DNA of 64,000 nucleotides from Phoronis australis (GCA_002633005.1 NMRA01000003.1:1029452-1093451); one strand, 5' to 3'. Shown: positions 25,147 to 38,798, counted from the stretch's first letter. A program made the numbers and translations. The notes: generated by a model from the letters alone, not told the origin.

Positions 25147-25695
25147 CTACAATAACCAAAATAACATTATACTATGTAACACATTTTTGGTCAAGAAAAA
25201 ATTGAGCAGTTTTGAAAGAGCAATTATGAAAATTTTCACCAACTAAAATTGGTGAATTGTGTTTAACTGGGAATGTGGTATTATATTTACATCACAGTTG
25301 ACTTAAAATTTTTAATATCAGTTTATACACTTGAAACACATAAGGTGGGAACACTGCAGAGGTTCCCACAGTAGACCATTAATAGGGTACACTTTCTACA
25401 AAACAGAATCACACATTAAAACACTTCTCAGTAACAGAGTTAGCCACACAGGTACAAGTAATAATCTGATAAAACAAGCCCGCATCTTGAGAACCAGTTT
25501 TCTCCACTGAATAACAGGACTGAAACTAGTTCTCAAAATACAGACACATTATACCCAACCATTGCTACCAGCTGTAAACAGGAATGGCTTTTACCCTTAC
25601 TTCTTTGTCACATTTCTAAATAACAGAATCCTACATTCAAACACTTCTCATTAGCACTAAAGACAGGTGAACATGGGAATGAGATTGTAACTCAC

Positions 25696-25800
25696 CTTTC
25701 ACTTCTTGGGCACATTTTTCATGTTTTGCTCTCTCTTTCATCTTCTGTGGAATCATTACTTCTGTCTCAACTTTTCTGAGTGACATGTCGTCAGGGTCAC
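25696..25800 (-). CDS. CMC1: CMC1 coding exon 2
   Basis: GDPDDMSLRKVETEVMIPQKMKERAKHEKCAQEVK; typical CMC1 LR.VE..V.IP..M.E.AK..C motif. Confidence 0.92.
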
Positions 25801-26384
25801 CTACAACAGAACACAAAACATGTTGACTGCAAGCATTCACTAATACCTTGTGTTATGCTCCTCCCCCCATGGTATAAGTGGTGTCTACACCATTACTAGT
25901 ATACATGTTTCAGTTGAACAGGTTGTCAAGTATGAAAACACTTTTAAAATTAATTCATTCTTCTTAACTTGGGCTAACGACGGCACTGACTGGGGTTCAA
26001 TGATTTTATACAATTCTATACAAACTTGAAAGAAATAAAAATTCAAAAACTAAAATTGTACATTTCATTTCTTGGCTATCAAGCTTATCATATTTTCCAT
26101 TGATAAAGCACGACCGTAGAATCCTTCCAACAAATTCTTGACTGTTTAAAATTAAAAGTATGCTGATTTGATTCCTTCTGTTATTTGTAACTTGCTGCTA
26201 GCAAAAGTAAATTCCAAGCTCTACCCATTCACTACAGATAAATACTTTTTGGACTCCCTTTTTAAAAAGAAAACAAGGTACTCAATTAGTTTTTAGATAC
26301 ATGTTAAGGAATATTATATTTACATTACAAAAGTTAAAAAAAAATTAAATTTGAATGTCTTCACAGAATCTTTGAAACAATTTT

Positions 26385-26586
26385 TTAAGGAACAGAGAAA
26401 AACACAAAAACAAAATTGCCTCTAGTGTTCGGTTAGGCGGTAGTCGGATCCGTCCAAAAATTCTCTCATGCCATCCCATGTATAAAAGTATATCAAAATT
26501 TCAGGGGTTTTGGAGATACAGCAGCAGACACCAGACAGATGGACAAGGGTGCACTCATTGACATATGAATATGTGGGCGGATAAAA
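26385..26586 (-). mobile_element. HINE fragment, copy 6 (one terminus only)
   Basis: ggtagtcggatccgtcc ... ttttggagatacagcagcagac ... aatatgtgggcggataaaaa. Confidence 0.6.
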
Positions 26587-27446
26587 AGGCATCCTTCCTT
26601 GAGTAACTTAATGTCATTACCAGCAGTTCTGTAAATGTTATTCCGTTATTTGAGGAGTGGTAATACGTGTCCTGTTGAAAATGGTTTAAATGGCTATACT
26701 AGGTGCAGTAGTCCTAAATCAGACTAAAATAACTGAATATTCAGTAAAGCAATCAGGTGAATTTTTTGGTTCAGTGTAAAGAATCTTTAATTATAAACCC
26801 CACGGTCACCAAGTTTCTCCTTTACTGTAAATTGTGTCAAATAATCTGAGGAACGGTTAAATCAGTTATTGTTTTGCAAAAAAGATCGCCATAAGTAGAA
26901 AAAAGGTTGATAAAAATTAAACTTTATTTTATTACCATGTAATTTGATGTAGTGTAGTGTAAATTTTATCAATGTGAACGTGATTATTTGAGTGAAATTG
27001 TCAAGTTTCCTTATGTATTCCAAGTTCTTGCAAACGCAATCTTGTTTTGTCTTGTAAATCCCTGAGGTTATTTGGTGCAGATCTAGGCAGTAAAAGTCTC
27101 TATCAAGTATATGAGGCATCGGTGTTAGACTGCATGTACAAACTACATGAATATATCCAGGTAAGTCATGATTATAGTACTTCGAAGCACATTGCATAAA
27201 GCGATGAGCATTGCCCACGAAAAGTGTCAAAATCAAAACTGTGACATGAACTATTAGCAGCCAGGCAAGAAGTATAGGTCTGACCATAGATTATAGACAT
27301 AGTCATAGTCAACTGTCAATGGTCCGGCTGACTTGAGATTAAGTTGTAGGATTCCAAGTTCACGCACAGCAGCGGTACCTTCTCTAGTCAGAATTGATAC
27401 AAAAGAGTAAGTATCTCATCTTTTTAAGCTAACCCTGTTAATTTAC

Positions 27447-27531
27447 CTAGTCCCAAAGGACCTCCCGACAAGCCCTCTTTTAGCACAGTATAATTCGGGT
27501 GCGACGGATTTTTCTCTTCTTCAGTCGGCAT
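27447..27531 (-). CDS. CMC1: CMC1 (COX assembly mitochondrial protein, twin CX9C) first coding exon; spliced product 131 aa
   Basis: MPTEEEKNPSHPNYTVLKEGLSGGPLGL, G|GTAAAT donor; phase joins to GDPDD. Confidence 0.85.
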
Positions 27532-27559
27532 GTTCTGTTCTGGTGTTTTCTGTTGACAT

Positions 27560-27796
27560 CAGCCGCTTACAAACATCTACAATTTGACACAGATAGACAT
27601 TGTACAGATAATACTTATACCATAGTATTTTAGATTGTCTTGTTAAAGGGAAATATGATCTATTTAAATACCATCAGGTTAATAAAGCATTAAATAACGA
27701 AAAATGCACTCGATATTATTATTGTTGGAGCGTCATTTCTCCCACAATGCAACTATTGCGGAAGTAAATCCCAGAAACAGTAGAAGTAAGAAGCCG
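27560..27796. promoter_or_regulatory. CMC1/PSMD14 bidirectional promoter and probable PSMD14 5'UTR exon
   Basis: ZNF143/Staf-like TCCCACAATGCA (27740-27751), ETS/GABP-like GCGGAAGT (27758-27765), plus-strand donor CCG|GTAAAT at 27796/27797. Confidence 0.6.
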
Positions 27797-27974
27797 GTAA
27801 ATAACGTAGTTTGTATGGTTATATTCCATCTACACTGTTGTTTTGTCTCACGATCTGTCACATTTTAGTGCGTTATTAATTTACCGACGCACTTTTGTGT
27901 GGAACAAGCTAAAACTGCTCAAATCAATGCTAATCTTCTCACATTTGTCTGACTAATTTGCTTTGTCATGGCTG

Positions 27975-29270
27975 CTTCAAGTCACAGGCGTCCTCAGCTA
28001 TCCTATATATACTACAAGGTATGACACTCCGGACTAGAAATTCCACGGGTGCTTCACTTCAGCCGTCCATAGCAAACTCAAAACTCTATAAATTTACATA
28101 AAACAGGGGTTCAGCAAACCAGGAGGAAATTTTCTTTCTGCCAATACCATTTACAGTGTCCTGCTCCACCAAGTTTGTAACAAATTCGCGGTCAAAGCAC
28201 AAAAATGTTCTGAAAAAATCGCTGCACAGTAGCAATATGCTTCACGCAGTCAAGGTCAAGTATGGCACGGAATAATCCGATGAGTTATGAATCGACGGCA
28301 ATTGCCGGTTCACCACAGAAGGTTACAAAGTGGTCTGGCTAAGTGGAGTTATTAATGTCGTGACCCTCCGTGACAAACCAGCAATTTCCGTGTAGCATAT
28401 TGCTGGTGTGCAGTGACTTTGGGAAGATTTTTGTGCTTTGACCACGAATTTGTTGCGAACTCCGTGGAGCTGGTATTGGGAGAAAGAACAATTCCTCATG
28501 GTTTGTTAAACCTCTGTTTTTTGAAAATTTATTGAGTTTTGTGTTTGCTATGAACAGCTGAAGTGAAGCACCCGTGAAATTTCTAGTCCTGAGTGCCATA
28601 CCCTGTTGTATATTATATAGTGTGTTGGGCACGATCAGAAGCTGAGGACGCCTGTGCTTCAAGTTGGTGCTTGTTTGCCACCTCGCTGGTTCCCTGTGTG
28701 CCCGGTGGGGCGGTAGCCGCGCCAGCACACATTTATAACTTAATTTTCCTCGAGAATTGTTTTATAGTGGCGTTTCTGATTGGCTAGTCGAATTCTCAGC
28801 AGACAGCGCTTTATGCAAACTGGTATGACTGATGGACTGAAGTGTAAATGTGGTCTGTTGTACAGACAAATCGGTGCTTAAAATTTATGTTTAGGAAATG
28901 TGAAGTCTAGAAATTGTGATTGCGTCTTTTCGTAATGCATCTTTTTACTGTCAATGACTTTTGTTTACGATAGTGTCCTGTATGAATAACACACCAGTTA
29001 AATCGGCCACAGATATGTTTATTGTACATGTATGTGCTTTAAGCACGCGGCTATTAATTATCACTGCTGAAACGAAATAGTTGTTGCGACGCCACTTGCA
29101 TGACTAGGCTAAAAATCGTTCACAGTCCACCATTTTTTCACGGTGTTGTAGAGCTAACCAATGACTGGCGAGGTTATATCGACCAATGCTAAAGCACGTG
29201 CCACTGCGTAATACCTGCGTGCTGGCTGGACTAAGCTTGCAGGGAACCAGCGAGGTTTGCCACAGCAGTA
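27975..29270. mobile_element. compound foldback elements in PSMD14 intron 1
   Basis: Long inverted arms at about 28003-28135 and 28488-28620, extending to 27975/28665; second pair cctcgctggttccctg (28681) / cagggaaccagcgagg (29240). Confidence 0.6.
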
Positions 29271-30691
29271 GGCTCTTTCGGTACAATATTCGTCAGTACA
29301 ATTTTGGAATCGCTATGATCACCATGGCGAGAGGATTCAGAAAATAGTAATATCAAGTATGTACGTTAATGGAGTCGGATTGTAAACAATAACCCGTCTT
29401 CGTATTCATGCGTAAAGACAAGATTGTGCAACCAATTTCCGGGAAAACCACATTTTTGGAACTGTTTTAGCAGTCATCTCAAACTTTAAGGTGAATGTAA
29501 CTTGTATTGTTATGGAAGTTCTCTATATTTTTTCTTGGTTCAACCAGGTATGGAACAAGTAGCCCCTGAACCTGAGTCAAGAGTGCTGTCTATTTGGCTA
29601 ACAGATTGACAAATAACTTAGAAGGGCTTACTTTATTGTGTTGTAAACGTGGTGAATCATATGAGTCTTAATTACTTGTTAGCTGGTAATTAGTTGCCTA
29701 TTAACCGAATGGTTAGAACGCTCACTGGTTTTATCAGGGTCATTGGTTCAATTCCCGAGTCGGGTAATCTCGGGAATTGCTACAATTGGCATAGTTGGCA
29801 AATGTATGCTATCCTTATGAAGCACTGCCAACTTCAGTGGAATAGGTGCAACTCTTGGCTCTTGGCAACTCTCCTTCCACACACTTCTTGAAACGCTTGC
29901 ATACGTCTCATGATTCTGTTGGACACCAATGTTGAAAATTCCACCTGTCAACAGCCAGTATCGAACCCGGGGCAATGCTGTGGGTGTCGATCATCAAAAC
30001 CAATTGGAAATACCTATTGGGAAGCGATTTACTGAGGCTTTATAGTATGACACAACCAGAAGTCACATGATGCGATACTTCTTTCTCTTCCGGGAAGTAG
30101 GCATGTTGCATTACTACATATCTCAGCAACACTCCTAGCGTCCTGAAATTTGCCCTCAACGACACTCACCATATCCTGGAATTTGTCTTCAATGACGTTC
30201 TCCATGTATTCTGGATCTAACAACACCAGGGTGGCACCCACACATTCCGCCACTTGGAAGCCTTACATATAACTCAGGGTTTTGTGGGTCTTGCCACTGT
30301 TGGATGCCACTGTTCACAGCCGGTATTGAACTCGGAACTGCTGGCATGCGAATCAAGCGTTCGAATCGATCAGCAAATCAGCAGTTTCCCTTGAGCAAAT
30401 GATTTAGAAGTGCTGTATGGCACGCCACCATTGGAACAAGTGGATACTTATTGATGTCTTGGGAATCGTACCGTTGTATTTTCCCATTCATTCAAAATAC
30501 ATCTTTAATCTTTGACTATGTACACCTAAAAATATTTTCGCACTTGATCCAAAGACCAACTTAGAAACTTAGGGTCAATCAACCAATCTTGAGTTTAGTG
30601 CGATCCACATGTGATATCTTGGAATGATTTTATCAGTATAACATCTTGTGTCTTAACATTTTCACTTCCTGTTTGTATTGTAGATTTTGTC

Positions 30692-30739
30692 ATGGACCGT
30701 CTATTGCGACTTGGAGGTGGTTTACCATCTATGGGACAT
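30692..30739 (+). CDS. PSMD14: PSMD14 (26S proteasome lid deubiquitinase Rpn11/POH1) first coding exon; spliced product 311 aa
   Basis: MDRLLRLGGGLPSMGH then GTGAGT. Confidence 0.95.
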
Positions 30740-31123
30740 GTGAGTTAAAAGTGTCATGTTTGATCATTGTGTTAAGTCCCACTATATGCCAAATTTGACA
30801 TGCAGTATAACTGACATGAAAACCTTAGTGACTGTCATTACAGGTCCACAGAATAGTCATCTGACATCAATCAAGGTCAAACTACTGTAGCATATTATTT
30901 AAGTTACTGTGGCTTATTTCTTCAATAACACCATGGCATCAGATCTTTGGGGTCATAGTGATGCCCATTTCTAACTCAGAGATAGGAAAGTGAATGTTAC
31001 ATGATTGTGTCACTTCAAACTTGATTTTAAGTTTCTTTGAACTTTGTGTATTGTTGTGCATGATTGCTATCCTTTTAACATCCTACACTCTTTGAATGGT
31101 TGACCCTCATCATGTTGCTGCAG

Positions 31124-31198
31124 GCTGCACCAAACTCAGACCAACCCGCCGTGGATACAGCAGAACAAGTCTACATTTCATCACTAGCCCTGTTGAAG
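31124..31198 (+). CDS. PSMD14: PSMD14 coding exon 2
   Basis: AAPNSDQPAVDTAEQVYISSLALLK. Confidence 0.95.
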
Positions 31199-31983
31199 GT
31201 ATTGTCTATCTGTTCAATCCAATGAAAAGCCTGCAAATTGCCCTTATTGTCAGTCAGAAATTATTAGACAAATTCTTCATCTTTCTCATTGGTGTGGTGG
31301 AATAAACTATGCGTTTTATTTTTGTGAAATTCCTTTTTAGAAACACTGATTAGTCAACACTGAAGGATATTATTTTTCACGATTTGTACAATATGCCTGT
31401 GTAATAAACAGAAAGCACAACATACCTCACCAAGGATCCCCAATTTCTCGTCATCACAAGGTCACTCAAAATTGATTATATTCATTGGTTAAAGTGTTTA
31501 GTTGGTGACTGTTTATGTAGGATTCGTAAAAATTCAATATAGATGTGAGCTTGATACTTAAACTGTTCACATTTCAAGCTTTCAATCATGGATGCCCAGA
31601 ACTAGATTGTTCATGAAACATGCATCTTATCACAATGCTAATACAGTAATAGACATTTCCTTTGTGTAATGTTTGTTAGCTTGTTAGCTATTACTTAAAG
31701 CTGCATTTTGTCCAGTTAAAGCTGGCTAAAAATTAAAACTGGATTAGACTTTTTACTCTCGATCACATCAGCAACTCTAGAAAATGCTTCAAAGTTTATT
31801 GGAGTTGGTCAATCCTAAAATTGCGAATTCGAAAATGACGCGTGTACGCATTGCCTGTGACATAGGTTGCTGGCTCATTTGGTCAGGATTAGATGAGGGT
31901 GATAATGTTTTCAGTTAAGAGTTCAACATTGACAGCTAAACAGTGTAGTACAGCCTAGTATTTGTTACTTTCTTTTTTTGTAG

Positions 31984-32157
<174 letters not shown>

Positions 32158-32929
32158 TAAAACACGTTTGTGAAATACACTGACGTTTTCTTATTGAAAA
32201 ATCCAGTAATGCCACATTTGAAGGAGGGAGTGTTGAGACTCTGCTTCTTCTATGGGCGTTTTGAGTGATCAACATAATGCAATGATATGATTGATAGTAT
32301 GTAATACTACTATAATTCCTAATTTTGTGCTGAGTGCTACCATGCTAAAGTCATAGAGCTTGAATAATCCTTACAGTCAAGATTTGTCACAGTAAATGGT
32401 ATCAGAACTCATCTTATTCAAGCTTGTACACTTCACTTACACAGCTTTACTAGCAGTGCAGCAGACATCTGTATTTTAAGGCTCTTGAGTGTACTGTGCC
32501 AGTTACATTGTCATACATGAACAGGTCATGGGATATGTTTATTTTGATCACCAGTTCGTAAGAAAATGAGCTCTGCTTGGTGATGGTATTTGTTAAAGAT
32601 AGTAAGCTTGGATGTGACAGTGACAAGCAATCTTATTCAAATTTGCACAGTAATTGTTACTAAGAGGTGGAGGCTTCCAAGCTTGGAATTCAATGTTGAA
32701 AAAGGTGACTGTCAAACGAGCTTATTTAGGATTTTTTGACGATCCTGATTGACCTTACTCATCAGCAATCTTTTTCAAAGTTACCAAGTTAAATGATTAG
32801 AAATGGACTGTGGAAATTCAAGCTTGGAGGAAAATATCAAATAAGGTGATGCACCATTAAGCTTGATCAAGCTTGATCAAATTAGCCAAGATGCTGTTTG
32901 CAGAAATGAACATGCTTTTCTTGTTCTAG

Positions 32930-33000
32930 GGTGTCAGTGTTGAAGCTGTAGATCCTGTGTTTCAAGCCAAAATGTTAGATATGTTAAAACAGACTGGCAG
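32930..33000 (+). CDS. PSMD14: PSMD14 coding exon 4
   Basis: GVSVEAVDPVFQAKMLDMLKQTGR. Confidence 0.97.
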
Positions 33001-34188
33001 GTAAGTACTCTTTGAAGCAATGTATAGACTGCAAAAACTTAATTAAAAATTGAAAGATGTTAAGAAATACCTGTCGTAATTTTCTTATCTTGCCATGCCT
33101 TCTCTTCTTTAAGACTATACCTTTTCATCATAAAAAGTTTCATGCTTTCATAGCTATTAGCTGACTTTTTAATCCTGGTGTAAGACCCGTTGTCTGCATA
33201 CAGCTTGGTCATCACAAAATCAGAATTACGAACAAAATCAGGTATCAGTTTGCAAAATACGTCAATGTTCCGTCCAATGAGAGGGAGATTCTCCTCGTGA
33301 ACATTTTAACACGGTTGTGCATTTTGCAAGCACAATTGCCTAAACAATTAATTTACTCTGCCTTAATGAGCTATATCTTGAGCGTTGGAACATGATGTTG
33401 GTTTTGTTGGACTGCACATTTCAACTATGGATAACAATATTACTACTATAACAAATTCAAGAAACAAAACATCAAAGGGGTGGGCTGAAAAAGCCGTCAC
33501 CGAATAATAAATAAATTCAACCAAACGAACCTCTGCTTATTTTAGCGAGCGTCAAAAATTTCCCATGCGTTCCCATGCTTATGCTATTTTCAATATCTTG
33601 CCTTTCGAAATGTTATAATACATGTACTATGTAATGTTACAACATGTTCATGTAAAATTAGACCTGTGAATGATAAAAGAGGAATGTACAGGTTTTTGAA
33701 AATCCCAATTTTTGTGATTGCTTATTACATCAAACTGTAGGCCTAGGTCGTCGTGCTGGTGTTTTGAGTAATAGAACAGGAATCTACATTATGAATGATG
33801 TGAAGTTCAACCAATATCGAGTTTTAGAACTGTAACTACATAATACAGTACACGTCTAATTTTAATGAGATGCAACTTCTGATGGAAAGCGCAACTCATA
33901 CTTGTAGTGAGGGTATAGGAATAGTGGATAGCTTATCCGTCATGATGGCGGCTACTAGTATGGTCAATTGTGCTTGCACTCAACCAGTGTTGAATTCTGT
34001 TTGTGAGCCATCCTCACAATGTGGTTCAGTGGATTGTTTTGTCTGTTTTCTTTTGGCTTGTACTGTATTTATTGAGCCTCCTAACTAAACACATGCTAAA
34101 ATCTTGCCATATCTCTGAGAGCAGTGTATAGACAGAGGAGCCACATAACATTTATGCCTCTCTGTTAAGTGTCTGCTCTATGTTTCAG

Positions 34189-34339
34189 ACCAGAGATGGT
34201 AGTCGGGTGGTATCACTCCCACCCCGGCTTTGGCTGCTGGCTGTCAGGGGTTGATATCAATACACAACAGAGTTTCGAAGCTCTAACAGAACGAGCTGTA
34301 GCCGTAGTAGTAGACCCTATACAGAGTGTCAAAGGAAAG
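34189..34339 (+). CDS. PSMD14: PSMD14 coding exon 5 (JAMM motif)
   Basis: [50 protein letters not shown]. Confidence 0.98.
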
Positions 34340-34865
34340 GTGAGTTATGATTTTATGAAGTGTATTGCATTGTAATGTAAGTGCCATAATGCTTATGTAT
34401 TGACAGTTGTTTCATCGTCTCCATCTATATAGTGGGAAGCACAATACAGCATACCATCAATGGTGCAGAGAACTTAGCCAGTCTTGATATATATTGAGTG
34501 ATAACCAGAGATCTGTATTTTTGGTAAGGGTAACTTTGAAATATGATTGGTTTCTCCTTTTAAATTGTCGGACCTGAGTTTGGCAAAGAAGGTGGCTAAA
34601 ATTCAAGATAAACCAAGGATTTTGTCTATTATGTATTCAAACAATTCATGATTGATATGGGTTCAACAAATCCCCAAAGTTGCCTGTCCTTGCATTGTCT
34701 AACAATAATCTCAGATAAGATATTCCCAGGTACCTTGATTTATTATTTCCGTGGTTATTGTTTAAGAATGTAAAAACATGATTGTGTCTTTGAGGATTTG
34801 TAGTACCCTCATTGAAGATCATGATTCATGTTGAATTTCGTGAAATATGAAAAAATTGGTATAAT

Positions 34866-36029
34866 TTGATAATAGATCAGGAGGAAATACCATATCAGCC
34901 AATTTGGTATAATACTAATGTATTGATTGGTGGAAAAACTGTATTTTGGAGAAGATGGTTTGAAAAGGGTGTTTATTATATCTCAGACCTACTAGACGAG
35001 CATGGATATTTGTTATCTTTTGAAGGTTTTTGCAAAAAGTTCAATTTTAGACCAATATTTTTGAATTTTTATGGGCTCAAGGAGGCTGTTTGTCAAAAAT
35101 GGAAAATCTCAAAAAGAGACAAGTTTTCCTTCTACGCACCCTCTATCCCAATTTTTGTGAAATTGTTACTTGCAGACAAGAAGGGAACAAAACATATATA
35201 TAACACTTTGGTGCTAAACAAATATGCCCGGCCTAGGTCTGAGATGAAGTGGCAGGCAGAACTTGCAATACCTGACACTACAGAATGGTGGAAATTTGCC
35301 TACTTTCTGAATTTTACACTTGACGTGAAACTTCGTTGGTTTCAATTTAGACTGTCACATAGGATAATTAGCTGTAACTCTTACCTTGTCAAAATTGGGG
35401 TAACCAACTCCCCCTTGTGTACGTTTTGTAAGACTGAACCTGAGACTTTGCTTCACTTATACTGGCAATGTGATGTTGTTCAAAATTTTTGGAACAATGT
35501 TGAAGGTTGGGTTAGAAACAAAACTAATATTTCCCTTGGTACAAATGTGCTTACAGTTTTCTTTGGAAACAGATGTAGAAGCCAGCCAATTCAAAATTTA
35601 ATCTTGTGTCTCAGCAAGTTCCATTTATATAAGCAACGTCTCAAGGGTAAACCTCCAAATTTAATTGTATTAACAAAAGAAATTAACAGTTATTACTCCA
35701 GTGAAAAACATATTTATTCAAAAAATTTACAAATGGAAAAATTTACAAACAGGTGGTCACAAATGCATAATTTGATAGCAATGTAAGGATATTTTATCAT
35801 TCCAAAATACTCTCCCCCCTCCTTTTTTTTTCAGAGCCATATACTACTATATTGTCTTGTATGTTTTTGTTTTCTTTTGTTAAATCTATTTCAAAATCCG
35901 GTTCACGTATATTTTTAACTTAGTAAACTTTATTTTCATTGAATTGTAAAGTAAGGCAAGGGAATCCCAGACCTTTGTCCTTACTTATGTTGAACTGGGA
36001 GAATAAAAAAAAAAAAAAAAAAAAAAAAA
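34866..36029 (+). mobile_element. 5'-truncated non-LTR retrotransposon (L1/Tx1-like) 3' end
   Basis: 306-codon ORF with C-terminal zf-RVT knuckle (CTFCKTEPETLLHLYWQC), 3'UTR, AATAAA and a poly(A) tail at 36002-36029. Confidence 0.85.
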
Positions 36030-36640
36030 CTCTACATCTTTTGTCAAGGCATGTGCTAAATGCAAAATGTCATTTGAAGCTTTTCTGCTAATTTATGAAT
36101 GCCGTATATGTCCAAATTCTCTCTGTCACATAAAAGTACATGGTCACTTAGACAGATGAGTATCATCTCACAGTCAAGGACCCAGACATTCTTCTTAGTT
36201 GCCAAAATCAAAATTATTTTTGGTATTTGTCCTTTTTTGTGCAAACTCAAGATACATTCTATGATTGTGTACCAGAGCACATTATGGTTTACGTGTCTGT
36301 TCTTAGTTTGGACGTAATGTTCCCAGCAAATCTAAAAGTCTGAACTTAAAATTTTGAGTTTTTACTCAAAATGTCAAGGTTTTACTTGAGATTGGAGCTT
36401 GAATCTAGGGGTCACGTAGTGTGAATTTAGAATAAGCAATCGTCTACCTAAGCCACGGAATAGACTCATATCATTCTTGAGTTTGCACAAAAATAGGACA
36501 AAAAATACAAAAATAATTTTGAGGTACATTTCCAGTGCAAAGATTACACCCCAGCCTTAACTGCTTATTGATGCTTGTATATCCATGCCATAAAAAGGAA
36601 CATGGTCAGTCAGACAGCTGAGTATAACATTATGTTCCAG

Positions 36641-36748
36641 GTTGTCATTGATGCTTTTCGACTTATTAATCCCAACATGATGGTGTTGGGCCAGGAACCG
36701 CGACAGACCACATCAAACCTGGGCCATCTTCACAAACCCTCGATACAG
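36641..36748 (+). CDS. PSMD14: PSMD14 coding exon 6
   Basis: [36 protein letters not shown]. Confidence 0.97.
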
Positions 36749-37557
36749 GTAAGCTGTGTAATATCATGGCAACCTTTATTTGTGTGTACAGTTTTGTGGC
36801 CATAATGTAACACTTTGCATGTTCTCTTGCAAATTTGACGCTTTACATTCACTAGCAAGTGTCGAAAATGTTAATTAGGCGACTTCTGGTGAGATCTCTG
36901 TCACATCTAAGACATAACATAGTTTGTACAGTATAGGACACATTATGTCATAATTAAAAATTCATGCTTTTAGATATTATAGGTAGATATGTTGTGAACA
37001 AACAGTAATTCTCAAGAAAAATACACTTTGTTGCTGAGTCGATTATTAGTTCGGTCTGTGTGTTGTCACAGAGTTGAAGTGCTCTAGTGAGAGACGTCTC
37101 TCTCGTTGGAACAGAAAATCATTATGGCAACACTTGTGTCAGGCTCATTGGACAAGTCCTTGATGGCACACACTTGCAACCAAACTGAGGGCGGCTAACT
37201 ATTTAATGCTTAGGTTTTACTACTTGCTCTAGTGTTGACTTCTGTAAAGTTGTAATGTGTCTGAATTGGAACTTGCCACATCGTGCAGAGTTGATGAATA
37301 TTCAAATGTCATTTTCATATCCAGGTGTAAGTGAAGTACTTGTGAATAGTTAAGATTCAATTTACCTGCTATCTCACTCTTATGCTTGATCTGGGCCATG
37401 AGTGAAAGAGTGAAATCAGTTCTACCAAGTCGTTCAACTTTTGTCAGAAAAGTGAGCCCACATAATTTCATCATAAAGTCGCCTATTAAATAAATGTCGA
37501 TTTATGGCTTTTGTTGTCTAAAATGCATTTTTGTGATCATACTGACTTTTGTTCCAG

Positions 37558-37632
37558 GCGTTAATCCATGGACTCAACAGGCATTACTACTCGATTGCTA
37601 TAAATTACAGGAAGAATGATCTAGAACAGAAG
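37558..37632 (+). CDS. PSMD14: PSMD14 coding exon 7
   Basis: [25 protein letters not shown]. Confidence 0.97.
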
Positions 37633-38249
37633 GTAGGAACATATTTATTATAATACATTAATTTTCTGTTGAATTTTAAAGTAACGAGCTTGTCTAGATG
37701 TTATAGTATTTTTATTGCAATATACATTAACCAGGTTAAGTATGTAAGTTAATCAGTCATATGATTGAACCCTTTTGTTGGGTACACTCTCTACTATCAG
37801 CTCTTTTATTACATGACATGCAGTACCGCAGTTACTGTACTAGCTGTGTTCTCAGTTAGTGAGACAACAGTCCTCTTTGGATGAATGTAAATGTTCAGGT
37901 TGCCATCTTTGATACTTAACCCATGAAGACCCCCACAGCTTTCTGTTTTCAATCTATTCAAATAAAAAGAGGATCCTTCTTTATGAGAACCATTAAGTGA
38001 TTATCGAATCTAACGTGAGTGCCAGTGTCACAAGTCAAGATTCAACGTGAGAAATGTCTATATTTTTGAACATGTGATCACCAGTTTTATCAATGTAATA
38101 TAAGGATATTGCAACTCAACAATTGCTAGAGCGAGCTTCTGCGGTTCTTGAGATACAGTATCATGTAATTACTGACTGTCATTATGAACAAGATGTATTT
38201 CACTTTTTGATGCAGTTGTCTTGTTTACCAGTCTAACAAATGTTTGCAG

Positions 38250-38375
38250 ATGTTGCTTAATCTTCACAAAAAGAGCTGGGTTGATGGCCTAGCGCTGGAC
38301 GACTATAACGAACATTGTTCAACTAACGAGACTGCAGTGAAGGAGATGCTTGAACTGGCCAAAAATTACAACAAG
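38250..38375 (+). CDS. PSMD14: PSMD14 coding exon 8
   Basis: [42 protein letters not shown]. Confidence 0.97.
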
Positions 38376-38735
38376 GTTAGTCCATGTTTCTTTAAGCTGG
38401 CTGGTGCATTTGTAAGATGTTTCATAGCATTTGCAAGACACTGTTAATGGTTCCTTTGTTCCGCTTTCCTTTCTCAATCGTGTTATTCTTAATTTGCTAG
38501 ACTGAGTTTGTTTGGTGTGCTTACTTTATCAGTAAGTCAAGAGTGCATTTTCACAGCTTTTAAGTTATTTTTGTGAAGTCGCTGGTGTATGTGAGTGAAG
38601 AACCGGGTCAAGATAAAGGCTAAATATTAAAGATGTCTTTTTGTGATGTCTGATTAAATTTTGTTGTTTGTGTTGTTGTTGTGACAGTAAATATGAAATA
38701 GTGCGAGTACTCATTGCATTGTTGATGTTTTTCAG

Positions 38736-38798
38736 TCCCTGGAGGAAGAAGAGACAATGACTGCAGCTCAACTTGCAATTAAGAATGTGGGCAAACAG
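38736..38798 (+). CDS. PSMD14: PSMD14 coding exon 9
   Basis: SLEEEETMTAAQLAIKNVGKQ. Confidence 0.95.

Noticed and set aside
26862-27287. 141-aa ORF in CMC1 intron 1
   Set aside because: No recognisable domain, and CMC1 splices in frame without it.
29696-29766. tRNA-like sequence with A and B boxes (TAACCGAATGG, GGTTCAATTCC)
   Set aside because: Acceptor and anticodon stems do not pair, so it is more likely a decayed SINE head than a tRNA gene.
34866-35786. 306-aa ORF as a host gene
   Set aside because: The zf-RVT knuckle and genomic poly(A) tail identify it as a LINE ORF2 remnant. I could not find a target-site duplication, so its 5' boundary is approximate.
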